Source: Eledone cirrhosa (lineage: Eukaryota). Taken from it: a stretch of DNA of 64,000 bases. The notes beneath the pieces were generated by a model that did not search any database, was not told the DNA's origin, and worked only from the letters and a program-made list of their open reading frames with translations. This document shows positions 38,801 to 53,800 of the stretch, one piece after another. Numbering within the stretch: position 1 is the first letter of the stretch; every line of letters starts with the position of its first letter. The position numbers and the translations under genes are program-made. The DNA lies in assembly GCA_964016885.1 (NCBI GenBank), contig CAXHJY010001105.1, forward strand, positions 186,001 to 250,000, written 5' to 3'.

Positions 38801-41800
38801 AAGTTAGGTTCCAAACACCAACAATGTCTTTCATTAGAAATATGGAAATGAAAGGGTTAAAGTGTTTATATTTATCTAAAAACCTTCCATCATAGTTTTA
38901 TGTAAGAACCTTTGTTAAGTTATGTTCCAAACACCAACAGTGTCTTTCATTAGAAATATGGAAATGAAAGGGTTAAAGTGTTTATATTTATCTAAAAACC
39001 TTCCATCATAGTTTTATGTAAGAACCTTTGTTAAGTTATGTTCCAAACACCAACAGTGTCTTTCATTAGAAATATGGAAATGAAAGGGTTAAAGTGTTTA
39101 TATTTATCTAAAAACCTTCCATCATAGTTTTATGTAAGAACCTTTGTTAAGTTATGTTCCAAACACCAACAGTGTCTTTCATTAGAAATATGGAAATGAA
39201 AGGGTTAAAGTGTTTATATTTATCTAAAAACCTTCCATCATAGTTTTATGTAAGAACCTTTGTTAAGTTATGTTCCAAACACCAACAGTGTCTTCCATTA
39301 GAAATATGGAAATGAAAGGGTTAAAGTGTTTATATTTATCTAAAAACCTTCCATCATAGTTTTATGTAAGAACTTTTGTTAAGTTATGTTCCAAACACCA
39401 ACAGTGTCTTTCATTAGAAATATGGAAATGAAAGGGTTAAAGTGTTTATATTTATCTAAAAACTTTCCATCATACTTTTATGTAAGAACCTTTGTTAAGT
39501 TATGTTCCAAACACCAACAGTGTCTTTCATTAGAAATATGGAAATGAAAGGGTTAAAGTGTTTATATTTATCTAAAAACCTTCCATCATAGTTTTATGTA
39601 AGAACCTTTGTTAAGTTATGTTCCAAACACCAACAGTGTCTTTCATTAGAAATATGGAAATGAAAGGGTTAAAGTGTTTATATTTATCTAAAAACCTTCC
39701 ATCATAGTTTTATGTAAGAACCTTTGTTAAGTTATGTTCCAAACACCAACAGTGTCTTTCATTAGAAATATGGTAATGAAAGGGTTAAAGTGTTTATATT
39801 TATCTAAAAACCTTCCATCATACTTTTATGTAAGAACCTTTGTTAAGTTATGTTCCAAACACCAACAGTGTCTTTCATTAGAAATATGGTAATGAAAGGG
39901 TTAAAGTGTTTATATTTATCTAAAAAGCTTCCATCATAATTTTATGTAAGAACCTTTGTTAAGTTATGTTCCAAACACCAACAGTGTCTTTCATTAGAAA
40001 TATGGTAATGAAAGGGTTAAAGTGTTTATATTTATCTAAAAACCTTCCATCATAGTTTTATGTAAGAACCTTTGTTAAGTTATGTTCCAAACACCAACAG
40101 TGTCTTTCATTAGAAATATGGTAATGAAAGGGTTAAAGTGTTTATATTTATCTAAAACCTTCCATCATACTTTTATGTAAGAACCTTTGTTAAGTTATGT
40201 TCCAAACACCAACAGTGTCTTTCATTAGAAATATGGTAATGAAAGGGTTAAAGTGTTTATATTTATCTAAAAACCTTCCATCATAATTTTATGTAAGAAC
40301 CTTTGTTAAGTTATGTTCCAAACACCAACAGTGTCTTTCATTAGAAATATGGTAATGAAAGGGTTAAAGTGTTTATATTTATCTAAAAACCTTCCATCAT
40401 AGTTTTATGTAAGAACCTTTGTTAAGTTATGTTCCAAACACCAACAGTGTCTTTCATTAGAAATATGGTAATGAAAGGGTTAAAGTGTTTATATTTATCT
40501 AAAAACCTTCCATCATAATTTTATGTAAGAACCTTTCTTAAGTTATGTTCCAAACACCAACAGTGTCATTCATTAGAATTATGGAAATGAAAGGGTTAAA
40601 GTGTTTATATTTATCTAAAAACCTTCCATCATAATTTTATGTAAGAACCTTTCTTAAGTTATGTTCCAAACACCAACAGTGTCTTTCATTAGAAATATGG
40701 TAATGAAAGGGTTAAAGTGTTTATATTTATCTAAAAACCTTCCATCATAATTTTATGTAAGAACCTTTCTTAAGTTATGTTCCAAACACCAACAGTGTCT
40801 TCCATTAGAAATATGGTAATGAAAGGGTTAAAGTGTTTATATTTATCTAAAAACCTTCCATCATAATTTTATGTAAGAACCTTTCTTAAGTTATGTTCCA
40901 AACACCAACAGTGTCTTTCATTAGAAATATGGAAATGAAAGGCTTAAAGTGTTTATATTTATCTAAAAACCTTCCATCATAGTTTTATGTAAGAACCTTT
41001 GTTAAGTTATGTTCCAAACACCAACAGTGTCTTTCATTAGAAATATGGTAATGAAAGGGTTAAAGTGTTTATATTTATCTAAAAACCTTCCATCATAGTT
41101 TTATGTAAGAACCTTTGTTAAGTTATGTTCCAAACACCAACAGTGTCTTTCATTAGAAACATGGAAATGAAAGGGTTAAAGTGTTTATATTTATCTAAAA
41201 ACTTTCCATCATAGTTTTATGTAAGAACATTTGTTAAGTTATGTTCCAAACACCAACAGTGTCTTTCATTAGAAATATGGAAATGAAAGGGTTAAAGTGT
41301 TTATATTTATCTAAAAACCTTCCATCATAGTTTTATGTAAGAACCTTTGTTAAGTTATGTTCCAAACACCAACAGTGTCTTCCATTAGAAATATGGAAAT
41401 GAAAGGGTTAAAGTGTTTATATTTATCTAAAAACCTTCCATCATAGTTTTATGTAAGAACTTTTGTTAAGTTATGTTCCAAACACCAACAGTGTCTTTCA
41501 TTAGAAATATGGAAATGAAAGGGTTAAAGTGTTTATATTTATCTAAAAACTTTCCATCATAGTTTTATGTAAGAACCTTTGTTAAGTTATGTTCCAAACA
41601 CCAACAGTGTCTTTCATTAGAAATATGGAAATGAAAGGGTTAAAGTGTTTATATTTATCTAAAAACCTTCCATCATAGTTTTATGTAAGAACCTTTGTTA
41701 AGTTATGTTCCAAACACCAACAGTGTCTTTCATTAGAAATATGGAAATGAAAGGGTTAAAGTGTTTATATTTATCTAAAAACCTTCCATCATAGTTTTAT

Positions 41801-44800
41801 GTAAGAACCTTTGTTAAGTTATGTTCCAAACACCAACAGTGTCTTTCATTAGAAATATGGTAATGAAAGGGTTAAAGTGTTTATATTTATCTAAAAACCT
41901 TCCATCATACTTTTATGTAAGAACCTTTGTTAAGTTATGTTCCAAACACCAACAGTGTCTTTCATTAGAAATATGGTAATGAAAGGGTTAAAGTGTTTAT
42001 ATTTATCTAAAAACCTTCCATCATAATTTTATGTAAGAACCTTTGTTAAGTTATGTTCTAAACACCAACAGTGTCTTTCATTAGAAATATGGTAATGAAA
42101 GGGTTAAAGTGTTTATATTTATCTAAAACCTTCCATCATACTTTTATGTAAGAACCTTTGTTAAGTTATGTTCCAAACACCAACAGTGTCTTTCATTAGA
42201 AATATGGTAATGAAAGGGTTAAAGTGTTTATATTTATCTAAAAACCTTCCATCATAATTTTATGTAAGAACCTTTGTTAAGTTATGTTCCAAACACCAAC
42301 AGTGTCTTTCATTAGAAATATGGAAATGAAAGGGTTAAAGTGTTTATATTTATCTAAAAACCTTCCATCATAGTTTTATGTAAGAACCTTTGTTAAGTTA
42401 TGTTCCAAACACCAACAGTGTCTTTCATTAGAAATATGGTAATGAAAGGGTTAAAGTGTTTATATTTATCTAAAAACCTTCCATCATAATTTTATGTAAG
42501 AACCTTTGTTAAGTTATGTTCCAAACACCAACAGTGTCTTTCATTAGAAATATGGAAATGAAAGGGTTAAAGTGTTTATATTTATCTAAAAACCTTCCAT
42601 CATAGTTTTATGTAAGAACCTTTGTTAAGTTATGTTCCAAACACCAACAGTGTCTTTCATTAGAAATATGGTAATGAAAGGGTTAAAGTGTTTATATTTA
42701 TCTAAAAACCTTCCATCATACTTTTATGTAAGAACCTTTGTTAAGTTATGTTCCAAACACCAACAGTGTCTTTCATTAGAAATATGGTAATGAAAGGGTT
42801 AAAGTGTTTATATTTATCTAAAAACCTTCCATCATAATTTTATGTAAGAACCTTTGTTAAGTTATGTTCTAAACACCAACAGTGTCTTTCATTAGAAATA
42901 TGGTAATGAAAGGGTTAAAGTGTTTATATTTATCTAAAACCTTCCATCATACTTTTATGTAAGAACCTTTGTTAAGTTATGTTCCAAACACCAACAGTGT
43001 CTTTCATTAGAAATATGGTAATGAAAGGGTTAAAGTGTTTATATTTATCTAAAAACCTTCCATCATAATTTTATGTAAGAACCTTTGTTAAGTTATGTTC
43101 CAAACACCAACAGTGTCTTTCATTAGAAATATGGTAATGAAAGGGTTAAAGTGTTTATATTTATCTAAAAACCTTCCATCATAGTTTTATGTAAGAACCT
43201 TTGTTAAGTTATGTTCCAAACACCAACAGTGTCTTTCATTAGAAATATGGTAATGAAAGGGTTAAAGTGTTTATATTTATCTAAAACCTTCCATCATACT
43301 TTTATGTAAGAACCTTTGTTAAGTTATGTTCCAAACACCAACAGTGTCTTTCATTAGAAATATGGTAATGAAAGGGTTAAAGTGTTTATATTTATCTAAA
43401 AACCTTCCATCATAATTTTATGTAAGAACCTTTGTTAAGTTATGTTCCAAACACCAACAGTGTCTTTCATTAGAAATATGGTAATGGAAGGGTTAAAGTG
43501 TTTATATTTATCTAAAAACCTTCCATCATAATTTTATGTAAGAACCTTTGTTAAGTTATGTTCCAAACACCAACAGTGTCTTTCATTAGAAATATGGTAA
43601 TGAAAGGGTTAAAGTGTTTATATTTATCTAAAAACCTTCCATCATAATTTTATGTAAGAACCTTTCTTAAGTTATGTTCCAAACACCAACAGTGTCTTCC
43701 ATTAGAAATATGGTAATGAAAGGGTTAAAGTGTTTATATTTATCTAAAAACCTTCCATCATAATTTTATGTAAGAACCTTTCTTAAGTTATGTTCCAAAC
43801 ACCAACAGTGTCTTTCATTAGAATTATGGAAATGAAAGGGTTAAAGTGTTTATATTTATCTAAAAACCTTCCATCATAATTTTATGTAAGAACCTTTCTT
43901 AAGTTATGTTCCAAACACCAACAGTGTCTTTCATTAGAATTATGGAAATGAAAGGGTTAAAGTGTTTATATTTATCTAAAAACCTTCCATCATAATTTTA
44001 TATAAGAACCTTTCTTAAGTTATGTTCCAAACACCAACAGTGTCTTTCATTAGAAATATGGTAATGAAAGGGTTAAAGTGTTTATATTTATCTAAAAACC
44101 TTCCATCATAATTTTATGTAAGAACCTTTCTTAAGTTATGTTCCAAACACCAACAGTGTCTTCCATTAGAAATATGGTAATGAAAGGGTTAAAGTGTTTA
44201 TATTTATCTAAAAACCTTCCATCATAATTTTATGTAAGAACCTTTCTTAAGTTATGTTCCAAACACCAACAGTGTCTTTCATTAGAATTATGGAAATGAA
44301 AGGGTTAAAGTGTTTATATTTATCTAAAAACCTTCCATCATTATTTTATGTAAGAACCTTTCTTAAGTTATGTTCCAAACACCAACAGTGTCTTTCATTA
44401 GAAATATGGTAATGAAAGGGTTAAAGTGTTTATATTTATCTAAAAACCTTCCATCATAATTTTATGTAAGAACCTTTCTTAAGTTATGTTCCAAACACCA
44501 ACAGTGTCTTCCATTAGAAATATGGTAATGAAAGGGTTAAAGTGTTTATATTTATCTAAAAACCTTCCATCATAATTTTATGTAAGAACCTTTCTTAAGT
44601 TATGTTCCAAACACCAACAGCGTCTTTCATTAGAATTATGGAAATGAAAGGGTTAAAGTGTTTATATTTATCTAAAAACCTTCCATCATAATTTTATGTA
44701 AGAACCTTTCTTAAGTTATGTTCCAAACACCAACAGTGTCTTTCATTAGAAATATGGTAATGAAAGGGTTAAAGTGTTTATATTTATCTAAAACCTTCCA

Positions 44801-47800
44801 TCATACTTTTATGTAAGAACCTTTGTTAAGTTATGTTCCAAACACCAACAGTGTCTTTCATTAGAAATATGGTAATGAAAGGGTTAAAGTGTTTATATTT
44901 ATCTAAAAACCTTCCATCATAATTTTATGTAAGAACCTTTGTTAAGTTATGTTCCAAACACCAACAGTGTCTTTCATTAGAAATATGGTAATGGAAGGGT
45001 TAAAGTGTTTATATTTATCTAAAAACCTTCCATCATAATTTTATGTAAGAACCTTTCTTAAGTTATGTTCCAAACACCAACAGTGTCTTTCATTAGAAAT
45101 ATGGTAATGAAAGGGTTAAAGTGTTTATATTTATCTAAAAACCTTCCATCATAATTTTATGTAAGAACCTTTGTTAAGTTATGTTCCAAACACCAACAGT
45201 GTCTTTCATTAGAAATATGGTAATGGAAGGGTTAAAGTGTTTATATTTATCTAAAAACCTTTCATCATAATTTTATGTAAGAACCTTTCTTAAGTTATGT
45301 TCCAAACACCAACAGTGTCTTTCATTAGAAATATGGTAATGAAAGGGTTAAAGTGTTTATATTTATCTAAAAACCTTCCATCATAATTTTATGTAAGAAC
45401 CTTTCTTAAGTTATGTTCCAAACACCAACAGTGTCTTTCATTAGAAATATGGTAATGAAAGGGTTAAAGTGTTTATATTTATCTAAAAACCTTCCATCAT
45501 AATTTTATGTAAGAACCTTTCTTAAGTTATGTTCCAAACACCAACAGTGTCTTCCATTAGAAATATGGTAATGAAAGGGTTAAAGTGTTTATATTTATCT
45601 AAAAACCTTCCATCATAATTTTATGTAAGAACCTTTCTTAAGTTATGTTCCAAACACCAACAGTGTCTTTCATTAGAATTATGGAAATGAAAGGGTTAAA
45701 GTGTTTATATTTATCTAAAAACCTTCCATCATTATTTTATGTAAGGACCTTTCTTAAGTTATGTTCCAAACACCAACAGTGTCTTTCATTAGAAATATGG
45801 TAATGAAAGGGTTAAAGTGTTTATATTTATCTAAAAACCTTCCATCATAATTTTATGTAAGAACCTTTCTTAAGTTATGTTCCAAACACCAACAGTGTCT
45901 TCCATTAGAAATATGGTAATGAAAGGGTTAAAGTGTTTATATTTATCTAAAAACCTTCCATCATAATTTTATGTAAGAACCTTTCTTAAGTTATGTTCCA
46001 AACACCAACAGTGTCTTTCATTAGAATTATGGAAATGAAAGGGTTAAAGTGTTTATATTTATCTAAAAACCTTCCATCATAATTTTATGTAAGAACCTTT
46101 CTTAAGTTATGTTCCAAACACCAACAGTGTCTTTCATTAGAAATATGGTAATGAAAGGGTTAAAGTGTTTATATTTATCTAAAACCTTCCATCATACTTT
46201 TATGTAAGAACCTTTGTTAAGTTATGTTCCAAACACCAACAGTGTCTTTCATTAGAAATATGGTAATGAAAGGGTTAAAGTGTTTATATTTATCTAAAAA
46301 CCTTCCATCATAATTTTATGTAAGAACCTTTGTTAAGTTATGTTCCAAACACCAACAGTGTCTTTCATTAGAAATATGGTAATGGAAGGGTTAAAGTGTT
46401 TATATTTATCTAAAAACCTTCCATCATAATTTTATGTAAGAACCTTTCTTAAGTTATGTTCCAAACACCAACAGTGTCTTTCATTAGAATTATGGAAATG
46501 AAAGGGTTAAAGTGTTTATATTTATCTAAAAACCTTCCATCATAATTTTATGTAAGAACCTTTCTTAAGTTATGTTCCAAACACCAACAGTGTCTTTCAT
46601 TAGAAATATGGTAATGAAAGGGTTAAAGTGTTTATATTTATCTAAAACCTTCCATCATACTTTTATGTAAGAACCTTTGTTAAGTTATGTTCCAAACACC
46701 AACAGTGTCTTTCATTAGAAATATGGTAATGAAAGGGTTAAAGTGTTTATATTTATCTAAAAACCTTCCATCATAATTTTATGTAAGAACCTTTGTTAAG
46801 TTATGTTCCAAACACCAACAGTGTCTTTCATTAGAAATATGGTAATGAAAGGGTTAAAATGTTTATATTTATCTAAAAACCTTCCATCATAATTTTATGT
46901 AAGAACCTTTCTTAAGTTATGTTCCAAACACCAACAGTGTCTTTCATTAGAATTATGGAAATGAAAGGGTTAAAGTGTTTATATTTATCTAAAAACCTTC
47001 CATCATAATTTTATGTAAGAACCTTTGTTAAGTTATGTTCCAAACACCAACAGTGTCTTTCATTAGAAATATGGAAATGAAAGGCTTAAAGTGTTTATAT
47101 TTATCTAAAAACCTTCCATCATAGTTTTATGTAAGAACCTTTGTTAAGTTATGTTCCCAACACCAACAGTGTCTTTCATTAGAAATATGGAAATGAAAGG
47201 GTTAAAGTGTTTATATTTATCTAAAAACTTCCATCATAGTTTTATGTAAGAACCTTTGTTAAGTTAGGTTCCAAACACCAACAATGTCTTTCATTAGAAA
47301 TATGGAAATGAAAGGGTTAAAGTGTTTATATTTATCTAAAAACCTTCCATCATAGTTTTATGTAAGAACCTTTGTTAAGTTAGGTTCCAAACACCAACAG
47401 TGTCTTTCATTAGAAATATGGTAATGAAAGGGTTAAAGTGTTTATATTTATCTAAAAACCTTCCATCATAGTTTTATGTAAGAACCTTTGTTAAGTTATG
47501 TTCCAAACACCAACAGTGTCTTTCATTAGAAATATGGAAATGAAAGGGTTAAAGTGTTTATATTTATCTAAAAACTTTCCATCATAGTTTTATGTAAGAA
47601 CCTTTGTTAAGTTATGTTCCAAACACCAACATTGTCTTTCATTAGAAATATGGAAATGAAAGGGTTAAAGTGTTTATATTTATCTAAAAACCTTCCATCA
47701 TAGTTTTATGTAAGAACCTTTGTTAAGTTATGTTCCAAACACCAACAGTGTCTTCCATTAGAAATATGGAAATGAAAGGGTTAAAGTGTTTCTATTTATC

Positions 47801-50800
47801 TAAAAACCTTCCATCATAGTTTTATGTAAGAACTTTTGTTAAGTTATGTTCCAAACACCAACAGTGTCTTTCATTAGAAATATGGAAATGAAAGGGTTAA
47901 AGTGTTTATATTTATCTAAAAACTTTCCATCATAGTTTTATGTAAGAACCTTTGTTAAGTTATGTTCCAAACACCAACAGTGTCTTTCATTAGAAATATG
48001 GAAATGAAAGGGTTAAAGTGTTTATATTTATCTAAAAACCTTCCATCATAGTTTTATGTAAGAACCTTTGTTAAGTTATGTTCCAAACACCAACAGTGTC
48101 TTTCATTAGAAATATGGAAATGAAAGGGTTAAAGTGTTTATATTTATCTAAAAACCTTCCATCATAGTTTTATGGAAGAACCTTTGTTAAGTTATGTTCC
48201 AAACACCAACAGTGTCTTTCATTAGAAATATGGTAATGAAAGGGTTAACGTGTTTATATTTATCTAAAAACCTTCCATCATACTTTTATGTAAGAACCTT
48301 TGTTAAGTTATGTTCCAAACACCAACAGTGTCTTTCATTAGAAATATGGTAATGAAAGGGTTAAAGTGTTTATATTTATCTAAAAACCTTCCATCATAAT
48401 TTTATGTAAGAACCTTTGTTAAGTTATGTTCCAAACACCAACAGTGTCTTTCATTAGAAATATGGTAATGAAAGGGTTAAAGTGTTTATATTTATCTAAA
48501 AACCTTCCATCATAGTTTTATGTAAGAACCTTTGTTAAGTTATGTTCCAAACACCAACAGTGTCTTTCATTAGAAATATGGTAATGAAAGGGTTAAAGTG
48601 TTTATATTTATCTAAAACCTTCCATCATACTTTTATGTAAGAACCTTTGTTAAGTTATGTTCCAAACACCAACAGTGTCTTTCATTAGAAATATGGTAAT
48701 GAAAGGGTTAAAGTGTTTATATTTATCTAAAAACCTTCCATCATAATTTTATGTAAGAACCTTTGTTAAGTTATGTTCCAAACACCAACAGTGTCTTTCA
48801 TTAGAAATATGGTAATGAAAGGGTTAAAGTGTTTATATTTATCTAAAAACCTTCCATCATAGTTTTATGTAAGAACCTTTGTTAAGTTATGTTCCAAACA
48901 CCAACAGTGTCTTTCATTAGAAATATGGTAATGAAAGGGTTAAAGTGTTTATATTTATCTAAAACCTTCCATCATACTTTTATGTAAGAACCTTTGTTAA
49001 GTTATGTTCCAAACACCAACAGTGTCTTTCATTAGAAATATGGTAATGAAAGGGTTAAAGTGTTTATATTTATCTAAAAACCTTCCATCATAATTTTATG
49101 TAAGAACCTTTGTTAAGTTATGTTCCAAACACCAACAGTGTCTTTCATTAGAATTATGGAAATGAAAGGGTTAAAGTGTTTATATTTATCTAAAAACCTT
49201 CCATCATAATTTTATGTAAGAACCTTTCTTAAGTTATGTTCCAAACACCAACAGTGTCTTTCATTAGAAATATGGTAATGAAAGGGTTAAAGTGTTTATA
49301 TTTATCTAAAAACCTTCCATCATAATTTTATGTAAGAACCTTTGTTAAGTTATGTTCCAAACACCAACAGTGTCTTTCATTAGAAATATGGTAATGAAAG
49401 GGTTAAAGTGTTTATATTTATCTAAAAACCTTCCATCATAGTTTTATGTAAGAACCTTTGTTAAGTTATGTTCCAAACACCAACAGTGTCTTTCATTAGA
49501 AATATGGTAATGAAAGGGTTAAAGTGTTTATATTTATCTAAAAACCTTCCATCATACTTTTATGTAAGAACCTTTGTTAAGTTATGTTCCAAACACCAAC
49601 AGTGTCTTTCATTAGAAATATGGTAATGAAAGGGTTAAAGTGTTTATATTTATCTAAAAACCTTCCATCATAATTTTATGTAAGAACCTTTGTTAAGTTA
49701 TGTTCCAAACACCAACAGTGTCTTTCATTAGAAATATGGTAATGAAAGGGTTAAAGTGTTTATATTTATCTAAAACCTTCCATCATACTTTTATGTAAGA
49801 ACCTTTGTTAAGTTATGTTCCAAACACCAACAGTGTCTTTCATTAGAAATATGGAAATGAAAGGGTTAAAGTGTTTATATTTATCTAAAAACCTTCCATG
49901 ATAATTTTATGTAAGAACCTTTGTTAAGTTATGTTCCAAACACCAACAGTGTCTTTCATTAGAATTATGGAAATGAAAGGGTTAAAGTGTTTATATTTAT
50001 CTAAAACCCTTCCATCATAATTTTATGTAAGAACCTTTCTTAAGTTATGTTCCAAACACCAACAGTGTCTTTCATTAGAATTATGGAAATGAAAGGGTTA
50101 AAGTGTTTATATTTATCTAAAACCCTTCCATCATAATTTTATGTAAGAACCTTTCTTAAGTGTTATGTTCCAAACACCAACAGTGTCTTTCATTAGAAAT
50201 ATGGTAATGAAAGGGTTAAAGTGTTTATATTTATCTAAAAACCTTCCATCATAGTTTTATGTAAGAACCTTTGTTAAGTTATGTTCCAAACACCAACAGT
50301 GTCTTTCATTAGAAATATGGTAATGAAAGGGTTAAAGTGTTTATATTTATCTAAAACCTTCCATCATACTTTTATGTAAGAACCTTTGTTAAGTTATGTT
50401 CCAAACACCAACAGTGTCTTTCATTAGAAATATGGTAATGAAAGGGTTAAAGTGTTTATATTTATCTAAAAACCTTCCATGATAATTTTATGTAAGAACC
50501 TTTGTTAAGTTATGTTCCAAACACCAACAGTGTCTTTCATTAGAATTATGGAAATGAAAGGGTTAAAGTGTTTATATTTATCTAAAACCCTTCCATCATA
50601 ATTTTATGTAAGAACCTTTCTTAAGTTATGTTCCAAACACCAACAGTGTCTTTCATTAGAAATATGGTAATGAAAGGGTTAAAGTGTTTATATTTATCTA
50701 AAAACCTTCCATCATAATTTTATGTAAGAACCTTTGTTAAGTTATGTTCCAAACACCAACAGTGTCTTTCATTAGAAATATGGTAATGAAAGGGTTAAAG

Positions 50801-53800
50801 TGTTTATATTTATCTAAAAACCTTCCATCATAGTTTTATGTAAGAACCTTTGTTAAGTTATGTTCCAAACACCAACAGTGTCTTTCATTAGAAATATGGT
50901 AATGAAAGGGTTAAAGTGTTTATATTTATCTAAAACCTTCCATCATACTTTTATGTAAGAACCTTTGTTAAGTTATGTTCCAAACACCAACAGTGTCTTT
51001 CATTAGAAATATGGTAATGAAAGGGTTAAAGTGTTTATATTTATCTAAAAACCTTCCATGATAATTTTATGTAAGAACCTTTGTTAAGTTATGTTCCAAA
51101 CACCAACAGTGTCTTTCATTAGAAATATGGTAATGAAAGGGTTAAAGTGTTTATATTTATCTAAAAACCTTCCATCATAATTTTATGTAAGAACCTTTGT
51201 TAAGTTATGTTCCAAACACCAACAGTGTCTTTCATTAGAAATATGGTAATGAAAGGGTTAAAGTGTTTATATTTATCTAAAAACCTTCCATGATAATTTT
51301 ATGTAAGAACCTTTGTTAAGTTATGTTCCAAACACCAACAGTGTCTTCCATTAGAAATATGGTAATGAAAGGGTTAAAGTGTTTATATTTATCTAAAAAC
51401 CTTCCATCATAATTTTATGTAAGAACCTTTGTTAAGTTATGTTCCAAACACCAACAGTGTCTTTCATTAGAAATATGGTAATGAAAGGGTTAAAGTGTTT
51501 ATATTTATCTAAAAACCTTCCATCATAGTTTTATGTAAGAACCTTTGTTAAGTTATGTTCCAAACACCAACAGTGTCTTTCATTAGAAATATGGTAATGA
51601 AAGGGTTAAAGTGTTTATATTTATCTAAAACCTTCCATCATACTTTTATGTAAGAACCTTTGTTAAGTTATGTTCCAAACACCAACAGTGTCTTTCATTA
51701 GAAATATGGAAATGAAAGGGTTAAAGTGTTTATATTTATCTAAAAACCTTCCATGATAATTTTATGTAAGAACCTTTGTTAAGTTATGTTCCAAACACCA
51801 ACAGTGTCTTTCATTAGAATTATGGAAATGAAAGGGTTAAAGTGTTTATATTTATCTAAAACCCTTCCATCATAATTTTATGTAAGAACCTTTCTTAAGT
51901 TATGTTCCAAACACCAACAGTGTCTTTCATTAGAAATATGGTAATGAAAGGGTTAAAGTGTTTATATTTATCTAAAAACCTTCCATCATAATTTTATGTA
52001 AGAACCTTTGTTAAGTTATGTTCCAAACACCAACAGTGTCTTTCATTAGAAATATGGTAATGAAAGGGTTAAAGTGTTTATATTTATCTAAAAACCTTCC
52101 ATCATAGTTTTATGTAAGAACCTTTGTTAAGTTATGTTCCAAACACCAACAGTGTCTTTCATTAGAAATATGGTAATGAAAGGGTTAAAGTGTTTATATT
52201 TATCTAAAACCTTCCATCATACTTTTATGTAAGAACCTTTGTTAAGTTATGTTCCAAACACCAACAGTGTCTTTCATTAGAAATATGGTAATGAAAGGGT
52301 TAAAGTGTTTATATTTATCTAAAAACCTTCCATGATAATTTTATGTAAGAACCTTTGTTAAGTTATGTTCCAAACACCAACAGTGTCTTTCATTAGAAAT
52401 ATGGTAATGAAAGGGTTAAAGTGTTTATATTTATCTAAAAACCTTCCATCATAATTTTATGTAAGAACCTTTGTTAAGTTATGTTCCAAACACCAACAGT
52501 GTCTTTCATTAGAAATATGGTAATGAAAGGGTTAAAGTGTTTATATTTATCTAAAAACCTTCCATGATAATTTTATGTAAGAACCTTTGTTAAGTTATGT
52601 TCCAAACACCAACAGTGTCTTCCATTAGAAATATGGTAATGAAAGGGTTAAAGTGTTTATATTTATCTAAAAACCTTCCATCATAATTTTATGTAAGAAC
52701 CTTTGTTAAGTTATGTTCCAAACACCAACAGTGTCTTTCATTAGAAATATGGTAATGAAAGGGTTAAAGTGTTTATATTTATCTAAAAACCTTCCATCAT
52801 AATTTTATGTAAGAACCTTTGTTAAGTTATGTTCCAAACACCAACAGTGTCTTTCATTAGAAATATGGTAATGAAAGGGTTAAAGTGTTTATATTTATCT
52901 AAAACCTTCCATCATAATTTTATGTAAGAACCTTTCTTAAGTTATGTTCCAAACACCAACAGTGTCTTTCATTAGAATTATGGAAATGAAAGGGTTAAAG
53001 TGTTTATATTTATCTAAAACCCTTCCATCATAATTTTATGTAAGAACCTTTCTTAAGTTATGTTCCAAACACCAACAGTGTCTTTCATTAGAAATATGGA
53101 AATGAAAGGGTTAAAGTGTTTATATTTATCTAAAAACCTTCCATCATACTTTTATGTAAGAACCTTTCTTAAGTTATGTTCCAAACACCAACAGTGTCTT
53201 TCATTAGAATTATGGAAATGAAAGGGTTAAAGTGTTTATATTTATCTAAAACCCTTCCATCATTATTTTATGTAAGAACCTTTCTTAAGTTATGTTCCAA
53301 ACACCAACAGTGTCTTTCATTAGAAATATGGAAATGAAAGGGTTAAAGTGTTTATATTTATCTAAAAACCTTCCATCATACTTTTATGTAAGAACCTTTC
53401 TTAAGTTATGTTCCAAACACCAACAGTGTCTTTCATTAGAAATATGGTAATGAAAGGGTTAAAGTGTTTATATTTATCTAAAAACCTTCCATCATAGTTT
53501 TATGTAAGAACCTTTGTTAAGTTATGTTCCAAACACCAACAGTGTCTTTCATTAGAAATATGGTAATGAAAGGGTTAAAGTGTTTATATTTATCTAAAAA
53601 CCTTCCATCATACTTTTATGTAAGAACCTTTCTTAAGTTATGTTCCAAACACCAACAGTGTCTTTCATTAGAAATATGGTAATGGAAGGGTTAAAGTGTT
53701 TATATTTATCTAAAAACCTTCCATCATAATTTTATGTAAGAACCTTTGTTAAGTTATGTTCCAAACACCAACAGTGTCTTTCATTAGAAATATGGAAATG